Positions 8,691 to 10,919 of a stretch of DNA of 10,919 bases are shown here, one piece after another (the first letter of the stretch is position 1; every line of letters starts with the position of its first letter). This DNA comes from Amoeboradix gromovi X-113 (Eukaryota > Fungi > Sanchytriomycota). The translations under genes were made by a program, and so were the position numbers. The DNA is taken from positions 1-10,919 of the forward strand of contig JADGIF010000326.1 in NCBI GenBank assembly GCA_018985225.1. Reading direction: 5' to 3'. The notes under the pieces were generated by a model. That model was not told the DNA's origin. It saw only the letters and a program-made list of their open reading frames with translations, and ran no database searches.

Positions 8691-8990
8691 CTTGATGTAT
8701 ATGTTCCTTGCAGCCATATGGTCTCTATCTATCTCCAAATGACAATTGGTACAAGTGTAAGTTTCTAAGTTGGTTTTCGTTAGAGTACCACACCTTGTAC
8801 ATCTCTGACTAGTAAATGCTTCATTACATTCGATTATCGTCTTTCCTCTTTGTTTACATTTGAACTTCAAGTGTTCCTTGAAGGTGTATTGGGACATTGT
8901 AGCCATATTTCTCGCGACCTTGCTCGATAAGCTACTTATCATTTGACTAGTATTGAACGATGGTAACAATATAAGATCATATGTCTTTGT
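8598..8990 (-). pseudogene. Fanzor2-like (IS607 TnpB-derived) nuclease, 5'-truncated remnant B
   Basis: Open frame TKTYDLILLPSFNTSQM..LSSKVARNMATMSQYTFKEHLKFK..ECNEAFTSQRCTRCG..YTCTNCHLEIDRDHMAARNIYIK. It shows Pro at the canonical RuvC-II Glu site (ILLP), the relocated Glu (NEAFTS), a CxxC..CxxC zinc finger and RuvC-III DRD. There is an in-frame stop shortly upstream and no RuvC-I, WED or REC region. Confidence 0.88.
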
Positions 8991-9181
8991 ATGCTGTACC
9001 TGCTGATTATTTCTTTAGATTCGACATATTCGGGACTACATCTATTCATTACATTTACCATTAGTGAAAAGGAAGAATATCGAGTGTTTAAGCTATTGGA
9101 AAAATCGGGAAAAGTCATGCAAATACATAAAAATACAAATTTTCGATGATTGATTTATTCAAGAAAACAATCGAGCTGTAT
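8989..9181 (+). repeat. Decayed fragment of an unidentified multicopy gene (copy B; paralog of ~1-155)
   Basis: Intron-like 8989-9018 (GTATGC...TTCTTTAG, 30 nt), then STYSGLHLFITFTISEKEEYRVFKLLEKSGKVMQIHKN followed by a frameshift/stop. Nucleotide similarity to copy A continues to GATTTATTCAAGAAA(A)CAATCGAGCT. Confidence 0.7.
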
Positions 9182-9778
9182 TATCGCATTTACTGGATCA
9201 GCCTAATTGTACTCTGATATTGGCGATGATTTAAGATGGTAAGCGCAAATGTTTGATTAACTCTGAATGATATTATTTTGGTTCAGTTTAATGGAGTTTT
9301 GGATAACCTACAATTATCCTTTTCAACTTTGCCGTTTGTTTCTCACAGGCTACCACCTCTCACTTTTCATGCAATACGACCCAATTCTCTAATATAATAA
9401 AAATAGGGGTTTTCAGTTTTTCTCATTTATAAGAAAAGTTTCCAAATCATCTCAGCCGGAATATTTAAACCTAAAGACATTACCAAGCGATGTCGAAACA
9501 ACCTTCTTTGCTCAGGCACTATCATTATTAAAAAATCATTCTTCAAACAAAGTAAAGAAATTGATATGTATTTAACCATTTACTAGTCAAACGAGTAATG
9601 AGTGTGGGAATCTAAAAAAATGCAAAATGAAGTCATTTACGCATGCAAAATTTTACAACTATAACTAATCAACTAGCATTGCTAGTTTGTCTGTGGAAAT
9701 TTTTGATTTTCCATCAATTAGTACTTTTAATTTGGAGCCGAGCAAAGCGAAGTATAATAGATTAATAATTGACAGTAT

Positions 9779-10417
9779 TTATTCAAATAGCCATTCCTTG
9801 CTTTTCGATTTAATTAAAGTTAGTAAATCATTGATCGATATCATTTTAAGATTGTGCGAAACTGCAAACTGAATTAGATCAGGACGACGAGCAACATCAC
9901 CATTCGGTAAGACTATTTCAGATATTACAGCACAAGGAGTTACGCCAGCTAAGAGACAAATATCAACGCTTGCTTCAGTGTGACCTTGACGCTTTAAAAG
10001 ACCACCAGGAGTATACAACAAAGGAAACACATGACCAGGGCGGTGGAATTCTGACTGATGTGCATCTAGCCCAGAAAGTCTTTGAATAGTGTTACATCTT
10101 TCAGAAGCAGATATACCGGTAGAAGAATTAACATGATCCACAGAGACAGTAAATTGGGTACCATATTGCTCAGTGTTGTTCTTGACCATTAACGGAAGAT
10201 TAAGAACAGATGCACGGGAGGGCAGCAAGGGACAACATAAAATACCGGAAGTATTATTTACCATAAATGCAACTTGTTCAGGAGTACAAAACTCGGCAGC
10301 CATTACCAAATCACCTTCATTTTCACGATTAGTATCATCACATATTATGATCATCTCACCATTTTGTATTGCAGCTATGGCGTCAAAGACAGAATCAAAT
10401 TCCCATTGTTGAAGCAT
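9779..10417 (-). CDS. RIB3: 3,4-dihydroxy-2-butanone 4-phosphate synthase (riboflavin biosynthesis), stand-alone
   Basis: Motifs DDTNRENEGDLV, FTVSVD, TGISASER, RPGHVFPL, RQGHTEASVD and ISE; 212 aa with no GTP cyclohydrolase II fusion. Confidence 0.95.
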   Translation of the reverse strand: MLQQWEFDSVFDAIAAIQNGEMIIICDDTNRENEGDLVMAAEFCTPEQVAFMVNNTSGILCCPLLPSRASVLNLPLMVKNNTEQYGTQFTVSVDHVNSSTGISASERCNTIQRLSGLDAHQSEFHRPGHVFPLLYTPGGLLKRQGHTEASVDICLLAGVTPCAVISEIVLPNGDVARRPDLIQFAVSHNLKMISINDLLTLIKSKSKEWLFE

Positions 10418-10627
10418 GATGATTGCAATTGTTTGACCCGGTATCTTGGGACAGCTATTGAGTCTACCCGAATAAATCGATTATCGTGATTCCATGAGCT
10501 ATACGGCTTTAACAAACTCTCTTTCTAGACTTTTCTAACTGGATAAAAACTTGTTATTCTTTCTTCGTCGATTGCAAATTGTTCAGGCCTTCACGATCCA
10601 AAAAAACTAAATTTAAAGATATCACTA

Positions 10628-10842
10628 ATGGATAATGAAAACACTAATGGTCCAGGAATGGAGAGATTTGATGCATTTATGTCTATTTTGTGACTTATGG
10701 AAATATGGCAAAGCATAGCGCTACTGAAATGGCTGGAAGAGGAAATTCAAGAACAAGAAGGACGTTAGTTAGACCAATAAAATCCAAGTCTAATTTGGAA
10801 ACCAGCCTCGTCTTTTCTCACTGAGTTACGCTTTATCCAACT
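10628..10842 (+). pseudogene. Degenerate ORF start, possibly a transposase N-terminus, cut by a TIR element
   Basis: ATG 10628 frame MDNENTNGPGMERFDAFMSIL*LMEIWQSIALLKWLEEEIQEQEGR*LDQ*NPSLIWKP... looks protein-like but has three stops and ends at the TIR. No diagnostic motif. Confidence 0.2.
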
Positions 10843-10919
10843 GGGACACCAAATATAAAAACTAGACTAACTCGTTTTTAAAGAAGGTGCTCCATACGCA
10901 GGAAATGCTATCATTAATT
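10843..10919. mobile_element. Terminus of another copy of the GGGACACC TIR element (runs off the window)
   Basis: GGGACACCAAATATAAAAACTAGACTAACTCGTTTTTAAAGAAGGTGCTCCAT... matches the reverse complement of 6675-6750 with about 12 mismatches in 76 nt and no gaps. Confidence 0.85.

Noticed and set aside
8991-9600. Upstream exons that would complete Fanzor B on the minus strand
   Set aside because: No RuvC-I or WED-like sequence is visible, only a poor donor (GTCGAA) is available, and the region is the antisense of the repeat shared with 1-155.
7010-10489. ORFs 7010-7258, 9687-9872, 10173-10412 and 10274-10489
   Set aside because: They are AT-rich or antisense to RIB3, mostly with non-ATG starts and no motifs.

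Overview
AT-rich, gene-dense eukaryotic DNA read in the standard genetic code, probably from a compact-genome early-diverging fungus or close relative (inferred from the chitin synthase, stand-alone RIB3, mitoribosomal mL43 and GT-AG introns). Host genes: mL43 (-), a Cys-rich putative secreted protein (-), a CCDC137-like protein (+), a class IV-like chitin synthase split by a 20-nt intron (+), a small membrane protein (+) and RIB3 (-). The stretch 5.9-9.2 kb is a mobile-element graveyard. It holds a decayed Sola-like DDD transposase bracketed and interrupted by a 30-bp GGGACACC TIR family, with another copy at the window end. It also holds two convergent 3'-end remnants of TnpB/Fanzor RNA-guided nucleases flanking the membrane gene. 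The left remnant is absent from the ORF track and carries its own 20-nt intron next to the RuvC-III motif. Both remnants keep structured omegaRNA-like 3' regions ending in a similar AATC(C)AGG motif. All family calls come from motif recognition by eye; no database searches were run.
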